This document shows, piece by piece, positions 1 to 9,623 of a stretch of 64,000 bases of DNA. Under the pieces are notes generated by a model that ran no database searches, was not told where the DNA came from, and was given only the letters and a program-made list of their open reading frames with translations. The stretch lies in the NCBI GenBank assembly GCA_037481815.1, contig JBBFKX010000002.1:367647-431646 (forward strand). The letters are read 5' to 3'. The position numbers were made by a program, and so were the translations under genes. Numbering within the stretch: position 1 is the stretch's first letter; every line of letters starts with the position of its first letter. This DNA is from a candidate division WOR-3 bacterium (GTDB taxonomy: Bacteria; Hydrothermota; 32-111).

Positions 1-2
1 TA

Positions 3-320
3 CTTTCCAATGATTACATCTATAAAATTTTTAGTGTTCCCTTAAACTCATTCACTGGGATATTTTTACTCTCCATTTTAACTTCAGAGTTAATCCTGTA
101 TTTTTTCAATCCTCTTTTAAATTCTATTTCAAGAAGGTTTGAATTTGAGGCAGACAATTTCTCAAAAAATTTAATGAAAGATAAAACGCCGATAATAAAA
201 GCATTGAAAAAACTTGCTTTTGAAGAGTTATCCAGTATAAATGTTGATCCTGTCTATGAATTTTTCTATTATTCACATCCAACTCTTGAAAAGAGAATAT
301 TGAATTTACAAAAAGATTAA
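3..320 (+). CDS. M48 (Ste24/HtpX-like) zinc metallopeptidase, C-terminal part (5' end outside window)
   Basis: Hand translation from position 3: ...NSISRRFEFEADNF...IIKALKKLAFEE...YYSHPTLEKRILNLQKD*. The SRxxExEAD and HPxxxxRI motifs are typical of M48. Not in the ORF track. Confidence 0.85.
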   Translation, partial: LSNDYIYKIFSVPLNSFTGIFLLSILTSELILYFFNPLLNSISRRFEFEADNFSKNLMKDKTPIIKALKKLAFEELSSINVDPVYEFFYYSHPTLEKRILNLQKD

Positions 321-795
321 GGACCAACATGTATCATTGGAACATCATTACTGTAATCTTCAAATTTTAAACTATTCTCCCTTTCAAGTTGAAGAATCGA
401 ATAATGTATCATCTCCATGGATGAAAAGAATTTTAGCATTTTGGATGTTTTTTGATCGTCAGCAAAAACTCTTGAAAGTTCCTGATAAAAATTGTGTGCA
501 GCAAGTTCACTTTCCATCGCTTCATAAAGTATATCACTCAAAGGTTTGTTTGGAGAGGATATATCAACTTTAGGAAGTGGAACTATATCATCAACAGGGA
601 GTACTATCTCTTTCAGATAAGTTTTTTTATAAAATTCTTCAAAATATTTTTTATGTTTTTCTTCTTCATTCGCAAGGAATTTTAATCTTTCTTTCAAAAA
701 AGCGTTTTTTATCCTTTGAGCGAGTTGATTGTATATGTTCATTGAATCTATTTCATTCTTTAATGCAAAAAGGATTAGATCCTCTCTCTTTATTT
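175..795. repeat. 621-bp direct repeat, copy 1 (copy 2 at 2529-3149)
   Basis: Direct alignment at offset 2354; three substitutions seen by eye. Confidence 0.95.
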
Positions 796-808
796 AAATG
801 ATATTCAT
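317..808 (-). pseudogene. Duplicated ferritin-like (rubrerythrin-type) domain of the gene at 2671-3534
   Basis: Protein identical to the C-terminal 141 aa of the intact gene. The equivalent domain-start ATG (808) is followed by an in-frame TAA at 794-796; it could restart at ATG 742. Confidence 0.75.
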
Positions 809-925
809 CTTTTTTTATAAAAAATGTTTATTACAATGCACTCTTATTGATAGATCCAACAACATATATTTTTAATTAATCAAGTAAAAGAAATGATAAT
901 GTTAAACTCTATTAGTTTTTTATAG

Positions 926-1447
926 TTATTTTACTTTTTGATTTTTTACTTTTATCCAATAAAATAGATAATTTGAAAATAGTAAGAGAATAACCAAAAA
1001 CAAATAAATCCAAATTGATTTTTGTGTGAATTCATAAAAATATTTACCGGGATAATATATAGTCAAAATTATTATGCTTAAAAATGTTGATAAAAATATA
1101 AGAACAAAGGTTAAAATAAAAAGAATATTATAATTAATCTGTTTTTGAAATTTTCCTTTTATATTTTTAAAATCTATAAAAAAAGGAAAAATCATCGAAA
1201 AAACTAATACAAAAATAATGAATATGGAATAAACTGAAAGAACAAGATTTTTGAAAAATAAAAAATTTTTTGAAAAATCAAGATTAAGTTTTTTTTTAAA
1301 ATTATCCATTTGATCAACATTTGAAATACTAATGTTATATATACTGTTATCAATGCTATATATTTTAAAAATAAGTAAACCAAATAAAATTTGATACCAC
1401 AAAAAAATGACAAAAATTAATATGAAAAGTATTATCATCTTTTTCAT
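926..1447 (-). CDS. Multi-pass membrane protein of unknown function (candidate immunity partner)
   Basis: About 4 hydrophobic segments; GGGAG upstream of ATG 1447; directly follows the Cys-rich lipoprotein gene. Confidence 0.65.
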   Translation of the reverse strand: MKKMIILFILIFVIFLWYQILFGLLIFKIYSIDNSIYNISISNVDQMDNFKKKLNLDFSKNFLFFKNLVLSVYSIFIIFVLVFSMIFPFFIDFKNIKGKFQKQINYNILFILTFVLIFLSTFLSIIILTIYYPGKYFYEFTQKSIWIYLFLVILLLFSNYLFYWIKVKNQKVK

Positions 1448-1452
1448 AATTA

Positions 1453-2268
1453 TCACTCCCACCATTCACTTAAAAAACATTTTGTTTTACACACAGTATA
1501 ACAAAAAGAAAGACATTCTCCTGTTTCGTCCTCATCACTATGATAACAAGTCGCTGCACAAGGATCATAGCAATTTGCAAAGCAAATTAGAAATTTATTT
1601 ATTGCCGTAGAATTTGGTATAATATATACATCGCTTATAGGTAAAGTTCCAAGTGAAAAATAAAATTGATTTGATGTGGTTGTAAAAATTGAATAATCTG
1701 GATATAAAATATTAGTGTTTATAGGTGATGTCTCGCTCTTATTTACAATAACTGTTGACGAATCCATAATAAAATCTAATTCAGAATTCATTATAGAATA
1801 TGATTCCAATTTTATCCACATTTTTTTATCACTATTTTTTTGAATAAGAATAACTATTTCAGATTTATAATTTCTATCTTTTGAATTAAAAGGAATATTA
1901 ACAGAATAAAAAGTATCATTCCATATAGGACAATATACTTTAATTATTTCCTTTTTTTCAAAACTCTGAACAAATCCACTCTCTTTCATTAATCTTTTAA
2001 TTTGTTCCCATGAATCTGAAGAAACTATGTTAGCAAAAATCATTGTTTCTTCTTTCTTTTCTAAATCCAATATCAAAAAAGTATCACATAAAGCACAACT
2101 ATCTGCATAGACCTCTGTTTTGATAATAACTTTGGGTCCAAAATTATTTTCCATGTTTAGCGAACAATTTGATAAAAGCAATAATAATGTTGATAGAACT
2201 ATTACAATCAACACAAAATTACTAATTTTTTTTATTAGAAATAAAAAACTGCTAATCGTTATTTTCAT
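1453..2268 (-). CDS. Predicted lipoprotein with C-terminal 8-Cys (2x CX3CX3CX3C) domain
   Basis: Strong RBS AGGAGGT; hydrophobic N-terminus ending LSNC (lipobox-like); C-terminus CFANCYDPCAATC...CLSFCYTVCKTKC. Confidence 0.75.
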   Translation of the reverse strand: MKITISSFLFLIKKISNFVLIVIVLSTLLLLLSNCSLNMENNFGPKVIIKTEVYADSCALCDTFLILDLEKKEETMIFANIVSSDSWEQIKRLMKESGFVQSFEKKEIIKVYCPIWNDTFYSVNIPFNSKDRNYKSEIVILIQKNSDKKMWIKLESYSIMNSELDFIMDSSTVIVNKSETSPINTNILYPDYSIFTTTSNQFYFSLGTLPISDVYIIPNSTAINKFLICFANCYDPCAATCYHSDEDETGECLSFCYTVCKTKCFLSEWWE

Positions 2269-2377
2269 ATCACCTCCTATTTATTGTTTCTTGTTTTTTT
2301 AAAACCAGTTCTTTTTTATTCCCCACTTTTTTAAATGTTAATTTAAAATAAAAAAAAATCAATATTTTTTGTTTTTT

Positions 2378-2430
2378 ATACCCGAAAGGATTTGAACTTT
2401 CAACCAGTGGAATTTAAATTTCTCGATATT
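2378..2430 (-). pseudogene. Degenerate tRNA 3'-half remnant
   Basis: Minus strand ...TTCCACTGGTTGAAAGTTCAAATCCTTTCGGGTA: TTCAAAT T-loop in an imperfect stem plus a CGGG acceptor-like strand; no intact D-arm or CCA. Confidence 0.4.
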
Positions 2431-2528
2431 TTAATAATAAGACCATAAAAATATTTTGTAAATATTTTTATTATTACCAGAATTCAAATTAAAGATAGCA
2501 AAATTTTTTCTTTCTTTCTAAATTAATT

Positions 2529-3149
2529 TGAAAGATAAAACACCGATAATAAAAGCATTAAAAAAACTTGCTTTTGAAGAGTTATCCAGTATAAATGTTG
2601 ATCCTGTCTATGAATTTTTCTATTATTCACATCCAACTCTTGAAAAGAGAATATTGAATTTACAAAAAGATTAAGGACCAACATGTATCATTGGAACATC
2701 GTTACTGTAATCTTCAAATTTTAAACTATTCTCCCTTTCAAGTTGAAGAATCGAATAATGTATCATCTCCATGGATGAAAAGAATTTTAGCATTTTGGAT
2801 GTTTTTTGATCGTCAGCAAAAACTCTTGAAAGTTCCTGATAAAAATTGTGTGCAGCAAGTTCACTTTCCATCGCTTCATAAAGTATATCACTCAAAGGTT
2901 TGTTTGGAGAGGATATATCAACTTTAGGAAGTGGAACTATATCATCAACAGGGAGTACTATCTCTTTCAGATAAGTTTTTTTATAAAATTCTTCAAAATA
3001 TTTTTTATGTTTTTCTTCTTCATTCGCAAGGAATTTTAATCTTTCTTTCAAAAAAGCGTTTTTTATCCTTTGAGCGAGTTGATTGTATATGTTCATTGAA
3101 TCTATTTCATTCTTTAATGCAAAAAGGATTAGATCCTCTCTCTTTATTT
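2529..3149. repeat. 621-bp direct repeat, copy 2 (contains an orphan 3' fragment of the M48 gene, 2529-2674, and the 3' part of the dfx fusion)
   Basis: Matches 175-795. Confidence 0.95.
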
Positions 3150-3534
3150 CGTCTATATTCATCCTTCTCCATAGTCCATGTATATTACAATATGCTCTAA
3201 CACTTTTTATTTTAAAACTTTTTGGTAATATATAAACTGGTTTTTCATCGATATTGAAAAATTTTTTTATACTCTCTTTATCTGTATTTATTTCTAACCA
3301 TTCGATATGATGTTCTTTCGTCATCGGATGTTCAACTTCGCCAACAGATATTTCAAAAAAACCATTTTTTTCTTTTATGAATGGTAGATGTTTTTCCATT
3401 CCTTCATCTTTATTTTTCGATTCCTCTTTCAACATAACTTTTCCACAACAAATGATTTCTCCATCTCCTTCCCTTAAAATTTCAACTACATTATTACATA
3501 CAGAACACCTTAAGATATCTTTTTTTATATCCAT
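2671..3534 (-). CDS. dfx: Desulfoferrodoxin (superoxide reductase) fused to a ferritin-like rubrerythrin-type di-iron domain
   Basis: CSVC-x15-CC desulforedoxin site; EKHLP, HPMxxxHHI and CNIHG SOR motifs; then E..EEKH and E..EMIH di-iron pairs; RBS GGAGGAG before ATG 3534. Confidence 0.9.
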   Translation of the reverse strand: MDIKKDILRCSVCNNVVEILREGDGEIICCGKVMLKEESKNKDEGMEKHLPFIKEKNGFFEISVGEVEHPMTKEHHIEWLEINTDKESIKKFFNIDEKPVYILPKSFKIKSVRAYCNIHGLWRRMNIDEIKREDLILFALKNEIDSMNIYNQLAQRIKNAFLKERLKFLANEEEKHKKYFEEFYKKTYLKEIVLPVDDIVPLPKVDISSPNKPLSDILYEAMESELAAHNFYQELSRVFADDQKTSKMLKFFSSMEMIHYSILQLERENSLKFEDYSNDVPMIHVGP

Positions 3535-3547
3535 CTCTCCTCCTCTT

Positions 3548-3562
3548 TTAAAATTATTATAA
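3548..3562. promoter_or_regulatory. Candidate PerR/Fur-type operator
   Basis: TTAAAATTATTATAA has one mismatch to the PerR consensus TTATAATnATTATAA and lies just upstream of the dfx RBS; the AT-rich background lowers confidence. Confidence 0.45.
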
Positions 3563-3648
3563 TTCAAAATGTAATCTATATCAAGGTTAGGGTTGTATTT
3601 TTACAAAAATTAACTATATTAAAATAATATCATTTTAAAGGAGTGAAA

Positions 3649-4440
3649 ATGGAAGAAAAAAAGAAAAATCAGTTCAACAAAATAAAACACAAAATTTTGA
3701 TTTTAAGTGGCAAAGGTGGTGTTGGAAAAAGTACTGTTTCAGTTAACATATCATCTACTCTTAAAAGTTTGGGATATAAGGTCGGACTTCTCGATATCGA
3801 TCTACATGGTCCTTCGATTTCAAAAATGGTTGGTGTTGAAGATAGAAGAATTGAACTGGATGATAACAACCTTATGAAACCTGTACTTACTGAAGGTGGA
3901 ATCAAAACTTTATCTTTATCGATGCTTGTTGAGAAATCTGATTCTCCGATCATCTGGAGAGGACCTTTGAAGATCAAGGCGATTCAGCAATTTTTCGATG
4001 ATGTAAACTGGGGAGAACTCGATTTTTTGATAATAGATTCTCCTCCTGGAACTGGTGATGAACCTTTAACTATTCTACAACAGATCGAAGGTGTAACAGG
4101 AGTTGTAATTGTCACAACACCACAGGAAGTTTCTACATCCGATGTTGCAAGATCTATAAATTTTGTAAAAATGGTTGGTGGAGAAATTCTTGGGTTAATC
4201 GAAAACATGTCATATTTTGTCTGTCCGGTATGTAAAACTCAACATAAAATTTTTGGAGAAGGTGGAGGTGAAAGGTTGGCAAAACGGTACAATATCGATA
4301 ACTTTGTAAAGATCCCTTTAGATAAAGAACTAGTTGAACTTTCTGACTCTGGTAAACCCTATGTTGAAACTTATCCTGACTCAGAGATCTACAAAATTTT
4401 TGAGAATTTCATAAAAAATATGATCACAAAAATCGAATGA
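3649..4440 (+). CDS. apbC: Mrp/ApbC (NBP35) Fe-S cluster carrier ATPase
   Basis: GKGGVGKST deviant Walker A, IIWRGP, DSPPGTGDE, ENMS..CPVC. Confidence 0.92.
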   Translation: MEEKKKNQFNKIKHKILILSGKGGVGKSTVSVNISSTLKSLGYKVGLLDIDLHGPSISKMVGVEDRRIELDDNNLMKPVLTEGGIKTLSLSMLVEKSDSPIIWRGPLKIKAIQQFFDDVNWGELDFLIIDSPPGTGDEPLTILQQIEGVTGVVIVTTPQEVSTSDVARSINFVKMVGGEILGLIENMSYFVCPVCKTQHKIFGEGGGERLAKRYNIDNFVKIPLDKELVELSDSGKPYVETYPDSEIYKIFENFIKNMITKIE

Positions 4441-4494
4441 TTTTTGTTGACTTTCATATTCTTCTTCAATATATTTTTATTTGAAGGAGGAGTT

Positions 4495-6384
4495 ATGGAT
4501 TTTAAAAAATCTTTTTTTATTTTTTTGTTTATTGTAATATCAACCTTTTCAATTTTTTCAGCACCATCGATGCAGTTGAACTCAGGATACATTCATTCTC
4601 TTGATGCTATATTAAAAGAACAGAGGTTGAATCTCGGTTTCCATTTTTACGGGTCATCAAGAGATTTTCAAATACCTTACATATCAACCATTGACGGTGA
4701 TACACATTACAGTTGGGATACTTATGCTTTTGCAACTCTCGCATACGGAATAGGTTATTCCTTTACAAACTGGCTTGAGGTAAACATCTATTCAACAGCA
4801 CATCTTGATGCTATCGATACTCCTGAAGCGGCGGGAAGAGTTGACGAAAACACGAACTATGCAAGTTACGGTTTTGGTGATACTGAGGTTGGTTTGAAAC
4901 TGACAACAGGTGGTATATTTGGTGCTACAAAAAATGCAGATTTCGGTGTATATTGTTTTTATAGATTATCAACAGGTGATACCTATGATACCTTAAAAGA
5001 CAATTCATCATCGTTTTCGATAGATTATATAAAAAATCATGGTGGAATTTTCAGACATTTTACAACGAACAGTCAGGATTTTGGAGTGAAACTTTTGATT
5101 TCCTTTATCACTTCAACACAGGTTCCGTTAGCGATAAATTTGAATGGTGGTTACACAAAGTTCAACGATCTTCCTTCATCGATTTCAAATCCTGTAATGT
5201 TTGATTATTCAGGATCATTCTCGATCAAATTCGGATCATTCATCCCATTTTTTGAAATCTATGGCAACAAATATATGTTCAACAACATAAATGATGGCCG
5301 CCTTGTCCACAATTTAACTGGTGGTGTGAGATTTGATACACCGATAGGTCTTGTAATAGATCTTGGAGCGGATTATAGGATATCAAAATTCGTTCCCGAT
5401 TTAAAACCAACATTAAACGGTATCTCAGATGTTCTATTTTTGAATGATGGATGGGAAGGAACACCAGATTGGAAAGTGTTTTTCGGTTTAACATACTATT
5501 ATGATTTCAAAAAAGAGGAAATCAAAAAAGAGGAACCTAAAACACTTATAACTGGAAAAATAATAGATGGTGAGAGTGGAAAACCTCTGTCGGCGATCAT
5601 AACCTTACCTGGATATTCTGAAACATTACAGATAGTTACAGATTCAACAGGAATTTATTCTATTGAAGTAAAACCGGGCAGTATTAGAATAAAGGTTGAA
5701 AGAGAAGGATACAAATGGCAGGAGAAGGGAATAATCATTGAAAAAGGACAAACAAAGATAGTGGACTTTGCTCTGAACAAAAAGGTTGTTGCACAGGGAA
5801 TATTAACTGGAACTGTTAAAGACAAATCAACAGGAGAAAATATTAAAGCAACATTATCATTCCCTCAGACCGATATCCCCTCATTTACACCTGATCCACA
5901 GACAGGTGTTTACAGGATCAGTTTGAATCCAGGTACTTATACTCTTGCGGCAACACTTGATGGATATGTAACCTATGTACAACCTATCGTCATAGAAGCA
6001 GATAAAACTCTGATCTTAAATATAGAGATGCTCAAAAAAGGTGGAAAGATAACTTTAAGAGGAATAAACTTTGAATCTGGAAAAGCAACTATTCTTCCTG
6101 AGTCATATCCTATACTTGATGAAGCTGTTAAACTTCTCAACGACAATCCGAAGGTTAGAATTGAGGTTCAGGGTCATACAGATTCTGTTGGAAGTGATAG
6201 TGCAAACCTTGTTCTATCACAGGCAAGGGCTGAAGCGGTTCGAAACTATTTGATCATGAAAGGTATAGATCCTGCAAGAATAGTTGCAAAAGGTTTTGGT
6301 GAACTTATGCCTGTCGCTGATAATGCAACAAAAGAAGGTAGGGCAAAAAATAGAAGAATAGAGTTCTTGATACTTGGAGAATAG
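4495..6384 (+). CDS. OmpA-family outer membrane protein (N-terminal barrel-like region, two carboxypeptidase-regulatory-like domains, C-terminal OmpA domain)
   Basis: Signal peptide; INFESGKA...GHTD...N..LS..RA..V...NRRIEF; RBS GGAGGAG before ATG 4495. Confidence 0.9.
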   Translation: MDFKKSFFIFLFIVISTFSIFSAPSMQLNSGYIHSLDAILKEQRLNLGFHFYGSSRDFQIPYISTIDGDTHYSWDTYAFATLAYGIGYSFTNWLEVNIYSTAHLDAIDTPEAAGRVDENTNYASYGFGDTEVGLKLTTGGIFGATKNADFGVYCFYRLSTGDTYDTLKDNSSSFSIDYIKNHGGIFRHFTTNSQDFGVKLLISFITSTQVPLAINLNGGYTKFNDLPSSISNPVMFDYSGSFSIKFGSFIPFFEIYGNKYMFNNINDGRLVHNLTGGVRFDTPIGLVIDLGADYRISKFVPDLKPTLNGISDVLFLNDGWEGTPDWKVFFGLTYYYDFKKEEIKKEEPKTLITGKIIDGESGKPLSAIITLPGYSETLQIVTDSTGIYSIEVKPGSIRIKVEREGYKWQEKGIIIEKGQTKIVDFALNKKVVAQGILTGTVKDKSTGENIKATLSFPQTDIPSFTPDPQTGVYRISLNPGTYTLAATLDGYVTYVQPIVIEADKTLILNIEMLKKGGKITLRGINFESGKATILPESYPILDEAVKLLNDNPKVRIEVQGHTDSVGSDSANLVLSQARAEAVRNYLIMKGIDPARIVAKGFGELMPVADNATKEGRAKNRRIEFLILGE

Positions 6385-6393
6385 AAGGATAAT

Positions 6394-7683
6394 TTAAAAG
6401 TAATCTTTGAAATTTTTGATCATCTTTTTCATGTTCTTGTGCTGAACAAGTAGTTGCTTAACCATAGCAACACTTGTTCCGCTTCCTTTTGCGATCCTTT
6501 TAACTCTGCTTTTATTGTTTAAAAGTTCTGGATTTCTTCTTTCCTCTTTTGTCATCGAATTTATTATCGCTTCCACTTTTTTAATGTTTTCTTCTTCAAT
6601 ACCGGTAAGTTTAATTCTGTTTCCAACACCTGGAATCATTTTTATGATATCTCCAAGAGGTCCCATTTTTTTTAACTGTTTGATCTGGTTTAAGTAATCC
6701 TCAAAATCGAATTTTCCTTCCTTCAATTTTTTTTCGATCTCTTTTGCTTCCTCTTCTTTTATTAAACTTTCAGTTTTTTCAACGAGTGTTACTATATCTC
6801 CCATCCCAAGCAATCTTGAAACAAATCTTTCAGGATAAAATTTTTCTATATTGTCTATATGTTCACCATTACAGATGAATTTTATTGGTTTTTCCACACT
6901 TTTTACTATAGATAACGCAGCACCACCTTTTTGATCACCATCCATCTTTGTCAGAATTATACCTGTTATGTTTATGGTTTCATTAAAGATCTTTGCACTG
7001 TTAACAGCATCCTGTCCCGTCAAAGAATCCCCAACAAAAAGTTTCTCACAAGGTTTAAATTTCTGATCAATAATTTTTAGTTCTTGCATCAGGTCATCAT
7101 CAACATGTAATCTTCCAGCAGTATCAAGGATAAGTGTATCAAAACTATTTCTATGAGCAAATTCTAAAGCATCATTTATCCTTTTTATAAGATCGGTTTC
7201 ATTCGTTTCAAAAAAACTTAAAGAGTTTTTTGCTGATAGTTGTTTGAGTTGATCATAGGCAGCAGGTCTTTTAATATCACATGGAACAAGTAAAGGTTTT
7301 CTACCAATACCCTGAAAAAGTTTTGCAAGTTTTCCCGATGTTGTTGTCTTTCCACTACCCTGAAGTCCAACTAGTGCAACTACCGCTGGGTTACCTTTAA
7401 AGTTGATCTCTCTATCACCAGCAGAAAAAAGTTCAACGAGTTTGTCATTTACACTTTTTATTATTATGTGTTCTGGCTTTAAAGATCTGTATACCTCTTT
7501 TCCAACAAGATCATCTTTCAGAAGGTTTACAAATTCGTTCACGATCTTATAGTTCACATCTGCTTCAAGGAGTAAAAGTTTTATCTCTCTCAAAGTCACA
7601 TTAAGATCATCTTCTGTTACCTTCCCTTTATTTTTGATTTTGGAAAAAATGCTAGTAAACCTTTCAGTTATTTTTTCAAGCAT
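6394..7683 (-). CDS. ffh: Signal recognition particle protein Ffh
   Basis: LLEADV, GLQGSGKTT, DTAGR, TKMDG..GGAALS, M domain RIAKGSG. Confidence 0.97.
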   Translation of the reverse strand: MLEKITERFTSIFSKIKNKGKVTEDDLNVTLREIKLLLLEADVNYKIVNEFVNLLKDDLVGKEVYRSLKPEHIIIKSVNDKLVELFSAGDREINFKGNPAVVALVGLQGSGKTTTSGKLAKLFQGIGRKPLLVPCDIKRPAAYDQLKQLSAKNSLSFFETNETDLIKRINDALEFAHRNSFDTLILDTAGRLHVDDDLMQELKIIDQKFKPCEKLFVGDSLTGQDAVNSAKIFNETINITGIILTKMDGDQKGGAALSIVKSVEKPIKFICNGEHIDNIEKFYPERFVSRLLGMGDIVTLVEKTESLIKEEEAKEIEKKLKEGKFDFEDYLNQIKQLKKMGPLGDIIKMIPGVGNRIKLTGIEEENIKKVEAIINSMTKEERRNPELLNNKSRVKRIAKGSGTSVAMVKQLLVQHKNMKKMIKNFKDYF

Positions 7684-8608
7684 CTTTCAAAACTCCCGCA
7701 CTTTTTAGAATCTCTTCAACCAAATCATCATATTTTATTCCATCATATTCCGCTTCCATAGGAAGATCGGAAAGATCCGTCATTCCCGGTATTGAATTCA
7801 CTTCAAGTTCAAAAATTTTCATATTTCGATCTATGATATAGTCAACCCTTGCAAACGATCTCATGTTTAAACTTTCAAATATTGTTTTTGTCCTTTCCAT
7901 CAACGATTTTATTATTCTATTATCTACTTCAGGAGGTATTAGAAAATCGGTTTTTCCTTTAGTATATTTTGCTTCGTAATCATAAAATTTGTTCTTCGGT
8001 TTCAATTGCAAAGGTGTTAAAACTTTTGTTTTTCCTTTGTATTCTATTACTCCAACTGTGACCTCTATTCCATCTTCAACATATTCTTCGATCAAAAAAT
8101 CGTTAAATTTCAAAAAATTTTCTTTCAGACGATCCTTTACTTTATAACTCTCTTCTATAAATGTTCCAACCGATGATCCTCCAGTGTTGGGTTTTACGAT
8201 GACTTTACTCTTAAAATGCTCTTCAACTATATTTTCATTATCGTTAAAAATTTTTTTATTCACATATATAGATTTCAAAACAGGTATATTGAGTGATTTC
8301 ACCATCTGTTGAGTGAGATATTTGTTTATCGTTAAAGATGAAGGGATAACTCCAGAGCCAGTATACGGTATTTTAAGATATTCAAGGATACCCTGAACCA
8401 AACCATCCTCACCCGGTCTTCCATGCATTACATTGAACACCTTATCAAAACCTTTTAATTTTTCTATAAGATTTTCATCATATTCAACTTTTACAGCGTT
8501 ATAACCCTTTCTTATCAAGGCATCATAAACTCTTTGTCCCGATCTTTTTGACACCTCTCCTTCATTTGAAGGACCTCCAAAAAGAACAGCTATCTTTTCA
8601 TCCATCAA
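7676..8608 (-). CDS. ddl: D-alanine--D-alanine ligase
   Basis: FGGPSNE..VS, HGRPGEDG, GSSVG, YDYEAKY, EVNSIPGMT. Confidence 0.95.
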   Translation of the reverse strand: MMDEKIAVLFGGPSNEGEVSKRSGQRVYDALIRKGYNAVKVEYDENLIEKLKGFDKVFNVMHGRPGEDGLVQGILEYLKIPYTGSGVIPSSLTINKYLTQQMVKSLNIPVLKSIYVNKKIFNDNENIVEEHFKSKVIVKPNTGGSSVGTFIEESYKVKDRLKENFLKFNDFLIEEYVEDGIEVTVGVIEYKGKTKVLTPLQLKPKNKFYDYEAKYTKGKTDFLIPPEVDNRIIKSLMERTKTIFESLNMRSFARVDYIIDRNMKIFELEVNSIPGMTDLSDLPMEAEYDGIKYDDLVEEILKSAGVLKDA

Positions 8609-9623
8609 GAATCTCCTTTAAAATTTTTGTCTTTTTAAAAAATTCAATTTTATAATCTTTTCGATTTTTATCAAGCATTATAAATGTTATATATTTTTTT
8701 AACCTGTCATCTCTTATATCTACCTCTCCTGTAATAACAAAAATCTTTTTTTTCCATTCTATCGCCTTTTTAACTATTTCTCCATTTATTTTTCCTCTTA
8801 ATGATTGAGCATCAAATTTTCCCTCGTTCAGTATCACGATATTGGTTCCTTTCACAATTTTTTCGATCGATATCATTTTTGATAGAAAATCCCAACATCC
8901 AATATTTTTCCCACCAGCAAACCTTGTAAAAAATCCCAATCCCCCTCCACTTCCTAAAAATCTTTCACCAGCAACATTATACTTTTTGGCGACATAATCA
9001 AAAATCGATTTAAAGAATTTTATTTCTTCCTCCTTCACACCTTTCTGTTTTAAATACAAAGATGCACCGATTTTACCATTGAGCGGAGAAACCACATCAC
9101 AAACCGAAACAAGATTATTTAAAGTTATGCTCTTACTTGTCCTTTTAAAATCTATCAAAATTTCAGTTTCTGGAAACTTTAAAACATCATAACCTAAAAT
9201 CTCAAAAGAGCCCGATCCAAGATCAAAAGTCGTTGTTCCACCGATACCCAAAAAAATTTTTTTATATTTTTTATGAACTTTTTTTAAAATATATCCCATT
9301 CCCTTGCTACTTCTTAGTGCTGGTTTTTTAGATATATCCTTTATAGTTTCAAAACCAATAATTTTTGCACTCTCAATGAAGAGATATTGATTATATTCAA
9401 GAGTTTCAACCTTTATTTTTTTTCCTTCAGGGGAAAAGGTTTCAAAAATTTTTATTTTTGATGAAGGATATAAATATTTTATGAAATTTAAAAAACCGTC
9501 TCCACCATCAGAAATTGGAAAAATGAAATCATCCTTTGATTTAAAAAATCTCTTGTACAGATCAACCACATCATCGTTTGACAGTGTTCCTTTCAGAGAG
9601 TTTGCAAAAAAAACTTTTTTCAT
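8598..9623 (-). CDS. Glycerate kinase (class I, divergent)
   Basis: SLKGTLS, PISDGGDG, GIGGTTTFDLG, GSGGGLG, EGKFDAQSLRGK. Confidence 0.8.
   Translation of the reverse strand: MKKVFFANSLKGTLSNDDVVDLYKRFFKSKDDFIFPISDGGDGFLNFIKYLYPSSKIKIFETFSPEGKKIKVETLEYNQYLFIESAKIIGFETIKDISKKPALRSSKGMGYILKKVHKKYKKIFLGIGGTTTFDLGSGSFEILGYDVLKFPETEILIDFKRTSKSITLNNLVSVCDVVSPLNGKIGASLYLKQKGVKEEEIKFFKSIFDYVAKKYNVAGERFLGSGGGLGFFTRFAGGKNIGCWDFLSKMISIEKIVKGTNIVILNEGKFDAQSLRGKINGEIVKKAIEWKKKIFVITGEVDIRDDRLKKYITFIMLDKNRKDYKIEFFKKTKILKEILDG

Noticed and set aside
124..330. 68-aa minus-strand ORF in the track
   Set aside because: It is the antisense shadow of the plus-strand M48 peptidase C-terminus, which carries real motifs.
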